64,000 bases of DNA from Lama glama (Eukaryota): positions 20,958,001 through 21,022,000 of the forward strand of contig CM052817.1 in assembly GCA_028534125.1 (NCBI GenBank), read 5' to 3'. The notes under the pieces are model-generated. The model was not told where the DNA came from. It saw only the letters and a program-made list of their open reading frames with translations, and made no database searches. Shown here in pieces: positions 48,940-63,232 of this stretch (within the stretch, counting starts at the first letter, position 1; each line of letters opens with the position of its first letter). A program made the position numbers and the translations under genes.

Positions 48940-50440
48940 TTCCTCTTTGAAATGTTCTCATTCTTCGTTTCCTCTGACAGCACACTTACATAGTTTTTTC
49001 TTTTTATTTCAAACTTGTCTTCCAGATATTGTTTTTCATGACTTGACCTTAAAATATTTAATATAATCCACTCCCAAGCTGTAGTCTCCCATCTGTAATC
49101 TGATGCCACTAAAATGTGTATCTCCTTTCATGAACCCTCTTGTTCTTCAAATTCAAGCATCTAACTACTTATTCTCCATTGCCACCCCAACCTGGTTGAC
49201 CAAAGCAGTATCGACTTATAGAATTAATTCATTATTATCTCCTTCTCGTCCCTAACTCAAATACACACACACAGTCTCTTCTTCAGTGGCTAGCACTTTT
49301 AGTGAATAAAATAAAAACAGCATTCAAATAGTAGCCCATAGGTACTGGAAGTCTGCTACATTCTTTGATTGCTCTTTGCCCAGCGTGCCGAATCAATCAT
49401 GAAATATTTCCACATCTTTAATAACTCTCTTGTCTATCCAGTTATAACCACCAATATATTTTATCCAACTATACAAAAATCTTTTTTTCTCTAGATTGAT
49501 TCCAAGAACAATATTCCTAATTGTTCAGACTTTTCCTTTTAAAACTCTTCAATACTCTCTTTTTCTGATCTCAGAGAGAAACCTAAACTCCTTGGAATGG
49601 CATTTAAAGACCCTTCAAGGCTTGGATCCTGTTTAGATCTCTAGTCTCAAAATTAAACCTTTCTTAACACTTAGAAATTTTGCTCCAAGTCTACTAAATT
49701 ACTTGTAAATATATTAACCTTTCTTTCCTGTGCTTGCAGACCGCAACTTTGATCATGCTATTGCCTTGATTAACGGGAACATTGCTGAACATTCTATGTC
49801 TTTTTTGGCTGGCTGACTCATTCTGGAGTCACAACTTGGACTTCAGCTTTGATGGGGAGCCTATTCTTACCATTCTTTAATAAACATGGTTAGAAATCTG
49901 TCTTACATGCTTATCCTTAATAAATGACATCATTTTTATTAAAATCATTCATTTTACTTATGGTCTCAATAGAAATAATTATATTGAACAATCATACACT
50001 AGGTGAATGAATCTTAAAGGATGAGTAAGCAAGAGATAGGGTAAGAAGATGTATATACAGGGAAATAGAACAACATTATTAAAGTCACAAATATAGTGTC
50101 CTTGGGATACACAAGTAGTCAGTAATGTAGAGTATGAATTATAAAGATCAGACGGTATTTAGGAGTACTGAAGAGTGAGCTCACAGTGAAGAGTCATTAA
50201 TACCTCTTCTTAATCTTGTAGTCCGTGAGGAGCCACTGAAAGTTTGTAAGCATCAACAGGCCATATCCATCCTTTCCTGTTAAATCTATTATAAAGACCA
50301 GGTGAAAGAAATATAGATCAGGGGTGGCAATCCTGTAGGAAGACAGATTAGGGGACTTTGATGCAATCAAGGGGAGTGAAGATTTGAGCATAAAAACATA
50401 AGACTGGAGAGGAAACAACAGACTGGAAGAATAGGAGATT
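48940..50440. mobile_element. L2 fragments: plus strand to about 49990, then minus strand
   Basis: aaacctaaactccttggaatggcatttaaagaccctt on plus; gaggagccactgaaagtttgtaagca...gattaggggact on reverse. Confidence 0.65.
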
Positions 50441-50878
50441 AAAAGTTAAAATGCTAATAGGCGAATGTTTATTTCATCCTATTATTTGAACAAAATTTCA
50501 TGTGCACATACATGCATTCAAGAAATAGCTCAGAGATATTCTCCATATTCCTCCAATACTTAATCAATCAATTTGAAAACTCCTTCATAACAGGAATCAT
50601 TATTTTTCCTAACCTGCATAACATCGGTGGACCTTGAGTTTTAGTCACACACACATACAAATACACATATACCCAAAGCTCTGCTGAATCTTTATGTGTC
50701 AAGTAGTAGTATACTTGTGTCTAATTACCTTTAATTACCAGTAAATCACACCCTTTTATTTTTCATGCATAGTGTAATTTCAGTTTTTGAAAATTCTGTC
50801 AAGATTGTGTATTTGAGCTACACCATCAGGGTTCTTCTTGAGGTTATCTTCTTGTCTTAATATTTACACCACCCGAGC

Positions 50879-51088
50879 CAGGACTGCCAAATAGAACTCT
50901 CTATAATGATGGTTATGTTCTATATCCGTTCCATTTAAATATGGTAGATATTAACTACATATGACTGTTGAGCCTTTGGAGTGTGGTTAATATATCTGAG
51001 GTACTGAATTTTTAATTTGTTTGATTTTAATTAATTTAAGATTAAACAGCCACACATCATTAGTGGTTACATATTGGACAGCACACAG
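50879..51088 (+). mobile_element. MER3 (hAT-Charlie)
   Basis: aatagaactctctataatgatgg...actgaatttttaatttg...atattggacagcac. Confidence 0.85.
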
Positions 51089-51274
51089 CTCAGCTTTTAA
51101 GCCCCAGACTTCTTACAGCTGGAAATCATTGGAAGTTGGGTTGCTGTAATTGGATTCAGCTGGACTAAAATTAAAAATACATTTATCAACACTCCTTTGC
51201 ATGCTCAACATTGTGCATACAGCTGCAAAACAAAGATGAAAGCACTGAAACTCTCAGGCTCTATCTTTAAGGAA

Positions 51275-51485
51275 CTGTGCACCACAGCTTGTGGCCAAAT
51301 CCTGTCTGCCACCTGCTAGTGCAAATATGATATTGCTAGAACAGAACCACACCCTTCCTTACTTATTGTCTATGGATGCTTTTGGGCTACGATAGCAGAT
51401 TTCATTAGTTGCAACTTAGATTGTATGACCATCAAAGCCTAAAATGTTTACATTCTGGCCTGTTACGGAGACAGTTTGCTGGGTG
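51275..51485 (+). mobile_element. MER58A (hAT-Charlie)
   Basis: ggccaaatcctgtctgccacctg...ttattgtctatggatgcttt...aaagcctaaaatgtttacattctggcc. Confidence 0.85.
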
Positions 51486-52480
51486 TGATTTGGTGGGTCA
51501 CAGGTACGAAAACAGGTATTTACAACAGAGTGAAACAAATTTAACAACACAAATGGGCAAATAATACAGAGGCACTAGGGCCATGCATGATTGACTCTGG
51601 CTAAGTTGTTCAGGAAAGGAATCAGGGACAAGGGATGGCTGAGTTAATTCTGATTGATGATAGGACTTTTTCAGAACAGAGAGTAAAGGCAGTGTTTGAC
51701 GAGTCTCTTTGTATTTAGTGAATGAGGAATAAAATAATCTTACCATTTATAAATAAAAAAATAAATCTCATTTTTAAAAATTTTTCCTCACAACTGCTAT
51801 TTAATTTAACATTAAGTTGAGCTTTAAAAAATTTTACACTGGAAAATGCTTAAAACTTTTAAGACATGTATACCTCCAGTTAGTATCACCTAATGAAAAA
51901 AACAAAATTTTTTATCTTCATTTATATATTTTTTAGAGTTAAAATTGAGCAGTAATTTTTAACACTCAATATTCAAAAAGAAAGACTTTCTAATAGCACA
52001 CGATAATTATTCTCTTATGGTGAGTGAAGGAGTTCATGGATATAGGTACTCCACTGAAAATATATATTTTTTATATCATTGCCTAAAATTTGGAGAGGAT
52101 CCACAGGGAGATACTTATGACTTAAGCAGAAAAAGGGTATTATAATTTCAGAACCTGGGCTACACAGAACTTTCTAGCCTAAAACAAGCATATTGAGTAC
52201 CTCTAAATTTGAAGCATGAAGGACCCAATGTCAATATTGTACTAGAGATTTAAATATTAGCAAAAGTTAGACTCCATCTTTTAAAGAAAATGAAATTTCA
52301 CGTGATCAGAATTATTCGCCTACATTTTTATGAGCCTGTAGGAGGTTATTTGCTTTTCTTTGCAGCAGATATTGTCCATTTCTACCATCGGGGGCATAGC
52401 TCTGTGGTTTGGGTGGAGCAGTGAGGGTGATCACATTTCCTGTCTACAGCCATTGGTTCAGATAACCTCAATTTAATCTT

Positions 52481-52607
52481 TTTTGGGTTTTTTTATGGGG
52501 CGGGTAATTAGGTTATTTATTTATTTTTAGTGGAGGTTCCAGCAATTGAGCCCCAGGCCCCATGCATGCTCAGCATGCCCTCTACCACTTGAGCTATACT
52601 CTACCCC
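52481..52607 (-). mobile_element. Vic-1-type camelid SINE, older copy
   Basis: Minus strand GGGGTAGAGTATAGCTCAAGTGGTAGAG...GCATGC...(AAAT)n ACCTAATTAC. TSD TCAATTTAATCTT (52468) / TCAATTTAACCTT (52609). Confidence 0.9.
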
Positions 52608-53078
52608 TTCAATTTAACCTTCCCTGCATGTAAGCATTACCTGAAGATAGATATTCCTGAAAGATGGCTCAGCCAATGAAAACTCAAAATAGTTTTTAGT
52701 GGTTGTGACGGAGAACACTTTCTCTTCCTACCAACGTGAAAGAAGCGTGTTACTGTTTGGTGAATGTGAGAGAAGGCAGCCCAAAAATGAAGCCAACGGG
52801 TGCAAAGAAACATAAGGCCAACAGGAGAACATCTGTGTATCAGTGATTGTAGAGAAAATAACAAAAGTAGAAGAGGAATACTGAAGTGAAAAACAAGTCC
52901 CCTCAATGAAAAAGGCTTTACTAATTCAATGTCTTAAGTAAAACTAGGTTAATGACTGGAGGGAAATGCTGTAATTTCTAGGTGCAAATAAGAAATATCC
53001 AATAACTGTTTGCACCGGGACTTTCAAAGCATGATTTCCTTAGGAAGATAGTGCCGTGTCTCTAAGAGTTTATTTAGA

Positions 53079-53578
53079 NNNNNNNNNNNNNNNNNNNNNN
53101 NNNNNNNNNNNNNNNNNNNNNNNNNNNNNNNNNNNNNNNNNNNNNNNNNNNNNNNNNNNNNNNNNNNNNNNNNNNNNNNNNNNNNNNNNNNNNNNNNNNN
53201 NNNNNNNNNNNNNNNNNNNNNNNNNNNNNNNNNNNNNNNNNNNNNNNNNNNNNNNNNNNNNNNNNNNNNNNNNNNNNNNNNNNNNNNNNNNNNNNNNNNN
53301 NNNNNNNNNNNNNNNNNNNNNNNNNNNNNNNNNNNNNNNNNNNNNNNNNNNNNNNNNNNNNNNNNNNNNNNNNNNNNNNNNNNNNNNNNNNNNNNNNNNN
53401 NNNNNNNNNNNNNNNNNNNNNNNNNNNNNNNNNNNNNNNNNNNNNNNNNNNNNNNNNNNNNNNNNNNNNNNNNNNNNNNNNNNNNNNNNNNNNNNNNNNN
53501 NNNNNNNNNNNNNNNNNNNNNNNNNNNNNNNNNNNNNNNNNNNNNNNNNNNNNNNNNNNNNNNNNNNNNNNNNNNNNN
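53079..53578. other. assembly gap, 500 N
   Basis: Run of exactly 500 N. Confidence 1.
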
Positions 53579-56500
53579 TCCTGCAGTAAAGAAAACTGTT
53601 AAACTTCATTTAATACAAACTTGCTTGAACTTATCTGGTTAATAAAACCTTGTGTATTCCCTAAAGAACACTAATATGTATAACCTGGAACTATTATTGC
53701 ACAAAATAGAAATTGGGACATGTTTTCCTCATGTTTGGTTGGTTATTTTAGCCATTTCACTTTGAATACAAATATTTTCAATCCCTTGGTTCGATTTTTC
53801 CTTTGAGGCCTGTTGATCCAGTTAGTTCCACCATAAATACTAATTTTCTTAACTTAATCTAGCCTCAGTGGTAGGTTTGCTTTTCTTGGCTTAGGATACA
53901 CACTACTGCGTTAAACAAAGGTTTCTATCTGTATAAGGTAGCAATGCCCTCTGAATTCCAAGATAGTTATTAAATGCCAACATTTTTAAAAGGTTAGAGG
54001 ATGCTAGATCAATTCTTTTGATTTTGACTAATATTTGCACATGGATTTTTGCTTAAGTGGATTTTCCCTACGTATTAAAGCTTATACTTTGATATAAAAG
54101 GTAGTTGTAAATATATATGAATCTATTCTTAGGTATATGTGTATGTGTTTGTATATATATATATATATTTTTTAAGTATTCCAAAATGTCTCCAACCAAT
54201 GGAAATTTCTTACATAATGTTTGCATTGTTGCCCTGAATTTCATCACACTCATCCTAGTCTAACATGAATATTGAGATAGGAAGAAGCATCTCTGTGGAA
54301 ATCAGACTGGATAGATTTAAATGATTTGAGAATGTAATGCTGAATGTCAGAATCAGATTATACCAAAGTCTTGAAATTCTAAAGCATGGTTTCCTTAGTA
54401 AGATGGTGTCAGTGTAATGAATATCATATTATGGTCTTCATTCTGTAGCTACACATGACAAAACATTTTCACTCAGAAAATGTCATGCACATTTAGAAAG
54501 AAGATTGATAAATTCCATCACATGAAGCCTTTTTTGGAAAACAAGGCTGAAGAGCTGCCTAGATCCTCATTGCAAAGTGAAACAGCTTGCTTATTGGGAA
54601 GAAAATCAAAACAATGATACACCATGTGACATACAATAATCAAAAATGCATATGACTAAATAAATAATTATATATTATAGTTCTGTTCAATAATTAAGGT
54701 TAATAAAAAATAATACTTTTTTCTACTGACACTCTTGTATTCATTGCCCTTGAATTCCACTTTACAAAGTATATAAACTTGTGCAGTGTTAAAGAAACAC
54801 TGCAAAAATAGTCCATCAAAAGAAAATATTAACTTCTTTCCCTGCAGCTTTTGTGAGGATTAAGAAAACTGTTAATACATCAAGGTTGGGTTTACGGTAA
54901 CTCATTCTCCTCTTTTTCTCCCTTTCTTTACTATTGGTCTATCCAGATAAGTCTAGAGTTCTTTTTATATTGCCAACGTAGGTCTTGCAAACTTCTAGGA
55001 AACTTGAAAACTCAGTTCCAATCCTTTACTCTTGCTTTCCTTCCTTAATTACTTTGCTGCAGAGTAAAAGAGTGTGTTCAGTCTATTTTTATGTAATAAC
55101 AGTACATAATAGTACATTGGTTTGAGACATTTTTATTAGCTGTACATCAAAAAGGAAATATTTAATAAGATTATATAGAAATCACTTATGTCTACACTGA
55201 TGTTCTAAAAATAGTATTTTTAAAAAGAAGTATATCATTATGCTTACATTCTGAATGCATTTTTAAATCTGTTCATTTCCATCTCATTATCTTCACCTAG
55301 ATTCTGTGGTAGATGCTCTAGTCAAGATGAAGGCTGACATCTTATCTTAACCATGTGGTCTTTTCTCACATTTGAAGGGTTTTCACCATATTTTATAATG
55401 ATGAAGTGCTAGATTTTCAGAAATATATCTTATGGATGTCAGTTACCATGTTAATGGATGAAAAGTGTTTCAGATACCATATGAAGGGAAGCATTGGTCT
55501 ATACAGACTTAATGTGTGATTGTTGAAATTCTATGATAGATGGTTTTTTTTTCAAAATCACATTTTTAGCTTTAAGTTGAAACATACAAAACTTCAACTA
55601 AATAAAATAACACATTATCTCATACATGTGCTATTAGTTACCATTGTAATTGTAGTCATGGATTTAAGTTAATACAACTATACAATATTAGCAGGAAGGA
55701 GGCATTATTTATTTATTAAGCTTTTGGTTTAAGGTATTTGAAGAAGAGATCTGAAACAGTTACATAACTCAAGTTTGCCCAAAATTTTCTTGACCTTTGT
55801 TAATTTCAAGTCTTTTAATGAATCATTGAATATCTCCACAATTTCTTTTCCTAGTGACTAGTGATTTTTTTTTAAAAAAATTCTCTTTCCAGAGTGGAAC
55901 CCAATCACCTGGGAAACGTTTTAGTCTTAACTTGATGTGTACTACATCACTGTATCATATTTAGCCAACTTTTTGGTAGTATTAATTGACACAAATCTTA
56001 ATCCATTATCTACAGAAAATTTGATTCTGTCCAAATAGGACATTAAAAATGAAACGTATGTGAATACATCTAACACAAACTCCTTGTTTTACTGATTAAG
56101 CAACAGAAAGATTAAGGAAAATATTAGTAAATAAATATACTAGAAGTTATCCCTTTCTCTCTTTAATTCCAATTTAATATGTCTTTGGTAATATTTTTAG
56201 TGCTAACAGCTTATATTTTTGAAGATTCCAAATTTGTAGTCAGTATCTTTTATCATCATGAATAAACCTTCTAAAACAAAACAGCTATGCAAACTGTATA
56301 TCCAAGCAACAATATGGTGAACATTTCTGAATTGCCTTAGAAATGAAGACTCATTTCCACTTAGAGATCTCAATTTTTCATATTTGTCAATGATGCTACA
56401 TTCCATTATTTAAGTGCTGATAACCACTAACTTAAGGGGAAAAAAGATAAATATTTTTAAAAGCAGGGCTATTATAATATAACTATTTTCTAGCTATTCT

Positions 56501-58779
56501 TTCTCATAATTTGCTTATATGATTAGATGACCTTTTATTTCTAATTGCATGAAAGAACTAACCAGAAGTCTTGGGAAATCTTAATCTACTATGGAAGAAC
56601 AAGTCTAAATATGTGAAGGAATTGTGATAGAATTTCTTTCTATGTCCATGTAAAAAGTATAGAAAGAATTCTGTTTTTTAAATTTTCTAGGCAAGTAACA
56701 GATCTGAGAGATGAGATGTAGAGTCAGACTAAAGTAAAAGAAAAATATAGATGAAAATACCAGTCAAATTCGTTTAAGTTCTTTGACCTGGGCAATATTT
56801 ATATGGTCCAGTTTTATTATTATTTTTCTTGCCACAAAGAAGCATCATGAAGTTTGACTGGGCTGCATTTTGCAAAATTGTATTTCATACATTTATATAA
56901 TAAACATTTTAAATATAAATCAATATTAGACTTGATCTCACTCTTGGAGGTGATATCACCCAATATTCAATGATCTGTGTATTTTGGTATTATCCTGCTA
57001 AATAATAAACCATTATTTAGGATTTTTATAAGGCTTACTTATGTACCCAAAGCTTTAATGTAACTTCTATCATAACTATATTTTGAGTAATCAATCTTTT
57101 CACTACAGTAACATATTGGTGTGTTAAAATCACACCTTACTCACCTTTGGATCTCCTAAATCAGCACAGAGCTTGGACATGATAGGTGCCAAATGCATGC
57201 TTGTTAAATTAGATAATGTCATAAACTCTTAACAAGAAGAAAACCATGGATGTAAATGGTTAAAATTAATCAAGTTTTTGCTTACGAAAAATTCTAATAA
57301 GAGATTTTTAAATATTATTGATCTATACTAAGAAACAACATTAAGAGAGAGTATTTACATCATGAGACCAGTTACAAGCTCTTTCTTACCTTTCTAGTCT
57401 AAGATGGACTCATACTGAATTACAAGCTATAATATGTTGTGATACAGCAGGAGTCCAGGATCTCATGAGTTCCACATGGTACCTTAATGGATTCTTTACC
57501 AATTATCATTCATGGTCATGTGTCAAAGTTTTCCAGAATGTTGTAAAAATACTGTAGCTTAAAAAATTCTTTACATAGCAAATTTAAGCATCATATCAGT
57601 GATTTTAAAGTATGGGGAACAGGAGACTGGACCACAATAAACTTGAAATGTTGAACATAATACATAGCATGCATCCAATTTTTTAATCCTGGAATATACT
57701 GCTTCTGTTGTGGAAAAAAAATTTGTGGTTTGCTTAGCAGAGCAAAAAGAGCAATATGAACTGATAGAATATTGTTTAAAAAAAAACACATTCTAGCTGG
57801 CTAAAACTTCAAGAACAACATATTACCCAAACTGGTATATGACCTAAACAGGAGGATTTAATGGCTCTATATCATGTTTGTGTTTGTTTTTGTGAAAATT
57901 GCCCAAGGTTCTGTAGTTATTTCTATTTCTCATTTGAAATATGACTCCATTCCCCATCAGATGAGGCAAAGGATGCAGAGTTATGCAATGAACCATGCAG
58001 TAAATGAAAAAAATATATATATTCTCTGAGATTTAACAAAGTTACTGTCTTTTATTTGTCTATATAAATTCATATACTGAAGGTAATAGTATTGAATAAA
58101 GATGCAGTGAGTCTCAATGGATTTTTCCCACATGTAACAGGAAAGTTTTTGGAATTTTCTAGGCAAAAAACACAAGGCTACTTCATCTTAATTTTTCTTT
58201 CTTCTTTTTCCTAAGACCTAAAACCTACCCTAGAAGATTGTACTTTGAATTGTTAGCTACAGCAACAGTTTTATGGCAGAGCTACCAGAATTAACATGCA
58301 AATTATATATATATTACATATATATATATAATATTTCCTTTAGGAATAATATTTGTTTAATACTTATATCAAATAAATACAAGGAAAAAAGGAGAGAGAG
58401 AAAAGAAGAGATCACAGAATCTGCACAATGGAGCCAGAGAAACAAGGCATAAATACATAAATTAGTGAGACAATATCCCAAAGTTATGCATGATCAAGAA
58501 GGCATTAGAGTGGTGTCCACTCCCAGCATAATGCTGAATATAAGTCACTGAACTAAAAGCAATGCTATGAAAAAAGGAATGATAAATTAAACTAAAGGCT
58601 AAATGTTGCTTATATCTGGTTGAGCAATTCATTCAGGTGAAGTGGACTCTACCTGCACCTGTAGCCTTTCCTTTCTTTACACGAATAAGATATCTAAAGT
58701 ACTGCAGTATCCTCATTAGATACACACCAAATGGGCTGGCAGTTACATTTCTTCAGTGCAACTTTAATGAACGTCTTCA

Positions 58780-59030
58780 ACATAGCAGTGTGGTTCAGAG
58801 CATCAGTGCCAGATGTATCTGGACTGGAAATTCACCTTGGACTCTTCCACATACTGGCCATATGACCTTCTTCAGCAGGTTATTTGACCACTAGAAACCT
58901 CTGTTTCCACCCCCAAAAAAGGACTTTAATATGTGTGTCCTAGATTTGAAATCTGTTTTAAATCATATTAACTCTCTAGCAAAGGCCCTGTGAGTACAAT
59001 TTAAGTTGTCAATACATTGCATCATGATGG
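58780..59030 (+). mobile_element. MIR SINE
   Basis: gtgtggttcagagcatcagtgccaga...tgaccttcttcagcaggttatttgacc...cctctgtttcc. Confidence 0.75.
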
Positions 59031-61029
59031 TTATTGCTGGTTGCTGTTTCATCTTTATTGCTCCTTTTTTTTCTAGCTCACACTATTTTCTGAAAGATTT
59101 TTTTTTAAACATAAGCAAGGGTCTTTCTGATTGAGAACTTCCATGATGAACTATTCTTACTGAGGGAACTTGCCATTTTCTATGAAACCTAAGGTGACCC
59201 CTTAACTCCCACAGAGCCCCTGATACACCAGTGTGTCACCTGAATATGTAGCCTGGCTTCTTGCTGAGATAAAAATCCAGCCCATTCACAATCAAACACT
59301 ACTTTAATGCAATCATAGTTTATCTTAACTCAGGGAAGAACACCATCTACTGAATCTCCACATTGTTTTCCTAGAACACTCCAGGGTTTGGTGAACTTTG
59401 ACCTTTCATACTATTTTGTGGATTAGGACCATGACAGAGGTGAATGGACAATAAATCAGTGGAAATAAACTCCCTTAAACCCTAATGAAAGAATATTAAA
59501 GGAATTCAAAATCCAGAATATTATTCTGCAGTAATGACACTTAAAACATTTTTTATCTGTTAATCTTGACATTATCAAGCCTGTTAATTTTTTATATGAG
59601 GGATATTTGCTGGCATTTAGTTTCTTCTTTGTAACTCATTTCAAGAGAACAATTTTTTACATTCTATTTATACATTGTCTTGACTGCTGGTCCCTTTTGT
59701 GTAACTGGTGTGTCTGTCTGTGTGTTGTGTGTGTGTGTACCGAAGAGTAGATCTATTATTATCAAAAGGCCAGCAGCACTAAGGAATTGAATCAGTGACC
59801 TGAAGGTTAAATTCCACTTAGCGGTAATCACTAAGCTGTGCTCCATTATAGTTGCGCTAAAAAAAATTGAGACTGCTGACATCTGGTACCTCTACATCTG
59901 AAACCTTTTAAACCACTTGCAGAAAAAAAAAAAAAAGGTTTTTATTTAAGAAGTGAACAAAACTATAGGGGTGTGTCATTTGAAGATCTGGACATTTCCT
60001 GTAAGATGCACTGTTCAAAGGTAGAACATCTCTGTATTGGAATAAAATGTTAAACTACACTTTATCATTTTTACACACCTTTTCTTAACTTGTATAAGGA
60101 ATATAAAGAATGTATGTACAGAACAATCAAGCCTCACTCTATTTTGAAAATATACTCATAAAATAAGCATAGTTTGCTTTGATTGCCAACATCTCAAATC
60201 AAAACAACAAAAAAAATTTAAGATAAAATGTATTAATTTATAAGCATAAATGACTTGTTGTATGCATAAATAGTTCAAATAAATTATTTCTGATATCCTA
60301 TGCACTTAATTTCAAAAATGCTTTAGTAAGAATATATTTATTAAGTGGATTTGCAAGCACTAGCCTTTTTATCAGCAAGCAAAAATCATATCATGAAAAT
60401 TCATAATGTATCTCTCAGTTCAAGATAAATATGCATTTTATTAAAATTAATTCAGTATTTCACTATTAATATTCTATGATGCTGTAAAGATTTGTCATTT
60501 TTCAAAAATTTTACAAACCTTTTAGAAATTTATAACAACAAAAATTATAGGTCTGGAGGTAAATTTTCCCTTGAACATATACATAATTTTTCAGCTTTCA
60601 AGGGCTATTCTTCCAGTTTCCCAAGGGAGACTAAGAATATACATACACTCTCACTCTTGTGGAACAACAAAACAGATGCCAAAAACACCCCATAAACAAC
60701 AATAACAAAATGTTTTTTGCCCTTGATGAACATACCAGGACTTGGCAGGCAAAAAATGCACATGCATAGATTACTTAGGGCTTCCAACAGGGGCAAGTAA
60801 TGGACAAACACCAAGTAGATTATGGTCGAAAGGAGGAAGTCCCTAGCTGTCTACTACTTGTGAGCAACGGATGCACATGGTATGTATAGGTTGGATCCTA
60901 TTCATTTCTTTACTCATTCATCTGTTTTACTGGATAGTGATTATATGGAAGTTTGAGTGGTACACAAAAGCATCACTTTTGTCCTCAACGGGTTTACATT
61001 AAAGAACTAGAGAAAGTTCATTGAATTTT

Positions 61030-61270
61030 GTACTAAAAGATCATAGTTTGATTCTTAGTTTTGCTAGTTACTAATTTTGGAATCTAAGCAAATAGATAAA
61101 TCATCTAAAGTAGAACTAATAAAATTAGTATAATCACTCCCTTCTTGTTGTAGCTATGTAATTATAGATAGGTAGATAAATAGATGATAGATAGATAGAA
61201 AGACAGGGACGTAGATATGTAAAAGGCTTTTATAAACTCAGACATTCTGTGTACTTAAGAGCTATTATTG
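61030..61270 (+). mobile_element. MIR with an embedded degenerate (GATA)n at about 61165-61200
   Basis: agtttgattcttagttttgctagttactaa...tgtaaaaggc, with tagataggtagataaatagatgatagatagatag. Confidence 0.5.
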
Positions 61271-62066
61271 TTCTTGACATGAATAATTGCATTAGAAAGT
61301 AAGACATGTTTTAAAAGAGACATAGTAAAAATGCAGTGTAGAAATTGTCAGGGGGGTAAACACTGCCCCATCAAAGATGAAAAGCAAATTCTCTGTGGAG
61401 CAGGAGCATTTGAGCTGTGCCCTGAAGGATTTCTATTTATATTTAGCTTCAGAGAATGACCACCATTAGGAAGATTATTTTGGGAGAAAGTTATTCAAAT
61501 GGAATTTTGAATGAGATAAAGAATTATGGCTTATTTCATAAAAGAAGTGCAAAATTAGATTTGATATAATATCATGCTCAAAGGATTGAGAGCGAGCTTA
61601 GCAAGTCCTGGGAAGGGAATGGCATATAAATGTGCATGGTTGGATATCAAGGGGCCTTACACATCTCCAGAAATACAGTGAGACTGAAAAAAAATATAAG
61701 AATTTACTCAAACTACTTTGAGTTCTTTTTTTCTCTATTGGGCAATTTGACAAGCATTTGGAAAAATCAAAAGTAATCACAGAGTAAAATATAATGGTCA
61801 TCATTTGCTTTGCTAGGGATATTTGGGAGTCATAGCATAGTTGAGAGATACATTTTATAGGTATAATGAATGAAGAAATTCATGAATTTTACACTGTGTC
61901 CTTGCAAAAAAAGAAGAGCAAAAGCCAGAGGAGTAATAACAGAAATAGAGATCGTTAAAACACAGAACTCTGAACCTTTTTTCTCAGGAATCGCTAGATA
62001 ATTCTTGTGTTGTCTGATCTATTTGGTCAAATCCTAACACTTCTTCCTCAGAAGGAAGGTGTGATT

Positions 62067-62689
62067 TGTCCATTTCCCTAGGCACAATTGGACACTTGGG
62101 TGCATTTCAGTATCATTCTCGTATTAATGCTCATCTCACTCAAACTCAGTTATTTACTTACAGCTGCCACTTCCTCAGTGGAGAAATGATCAAGTCTGAT
62201 GCCTTAGTAGATCGAGATCTCTCTTACTTCCAGCGCCTCTCTGAGGTAGTCATGACGATATGTAGCTCCACCCCTTACAAGAACTTTTCAACCAGCTGAA
62301 GGAGTTCAGTAGGCTGACACTATACAGCTTCTGACTTTCAAGACCTACCAAAGTACTTGAGCTGAAGCCTTCTATACTTTGTCTGGCCGCCTCCAGGCAA
62401 TGACTGAGCACAAAGTAGACACTAGGATCTGCTCATTTCCGCCCTACATGACATTGCAGGAAATCTTTTTGCAGAAGCTCCCCTTGGAATTGCTGAGAAT
62501 CTCTTCAAGTAGCGTCACAGAATGAGTCTCTTCTTATCGTCTTCCTCTTTGCACAGGTGTCATACTGCACCAAGCTACAGGCTTTTCCTGCCTGCTTGTG
62601 CTCCTCTTCTGTTTTTCATAGACATTTTCCCACAATACATTTCTTGAAATTCTAGTTACATCTTGGCATCTGAAGACCCAACATACACA
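62067..62689 (+). mobile_element. ERVL-class LTR (LTR41/LTR16-like)
   Basis: ggcaatgactgagc, and terminus ttttcccacaatacatttcttgaaattctagttacatcttggcatctgaagacccaacatacaca. Confidence 0.7.
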
Positions 62690-62728
62690 CTCTCAGAATA
62701 TCATGAAGTTACTTAAAATTATTTGTGA

Positions 62729-62760
62729 AATGAATGGATGGATGGATGGATGGATGGATG
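62729..62760. repeat. (TGGA)n simple repeat, probably an L2 tail
   Basis: tgaatggatggatggatggatggatggatg follows atttgtgaaa. Confidence 0.85.
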
Positions 62761-62809
62761 ACTAGATCAGAACTAGCTAGAGGTAAATGTATAGTTTTGT
62801 TACTGTTGT

Positions 62810-63232
62810 GGATTTTTATGGAGATCTTTCCCTGAGACATATTATATTAGTTTCAGGTACACAACATAACAAATCGATGTATGTATACATTGTGAAATGA
62901 TCACCACAATAAACCTAGTTGACATCCATCATCACACACAGTTACAAGCTTTTTTTCTTATGATGAGAACTTTTAAGACTTGTTCCCTTAGTAACTTTCA
63001 AATATACAATATGTTATTATTAACTCCACTCACCATGCTGTATGTTACATCCCCAGGACTTATTTATTTCATAACTGGAAGTTTGGACCTTTTGACCACC
63101 TTCACTTATTTCACCCACCCATCCAACCCCCACCTCTGGCAACCACCCATCTGTTGTCTCTGAGTTATTTTTTAAACATCCCACGTACAAGTGAGATCAC
63201 ATGGTATTTGTCTTTCTATGTCTGATTTATTA
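62810..63232 (-). mobile_element. L1MA9-like 3' end
   Basis: attgtgaaatgatcaccacaata...tgagaacttttaaga...ggacttatttatttcataactggaagtttggaccttttgacc. Confidence 0.88.

Noticed and set aside
53056..53609. 177-aa and 179-aa ORFs
   Set aside because: Almost entirely N-gap.
58301..58335. AT-rich inverted repeat
   Set aside because: Self-complementarity of an (AT)n microsatellite.
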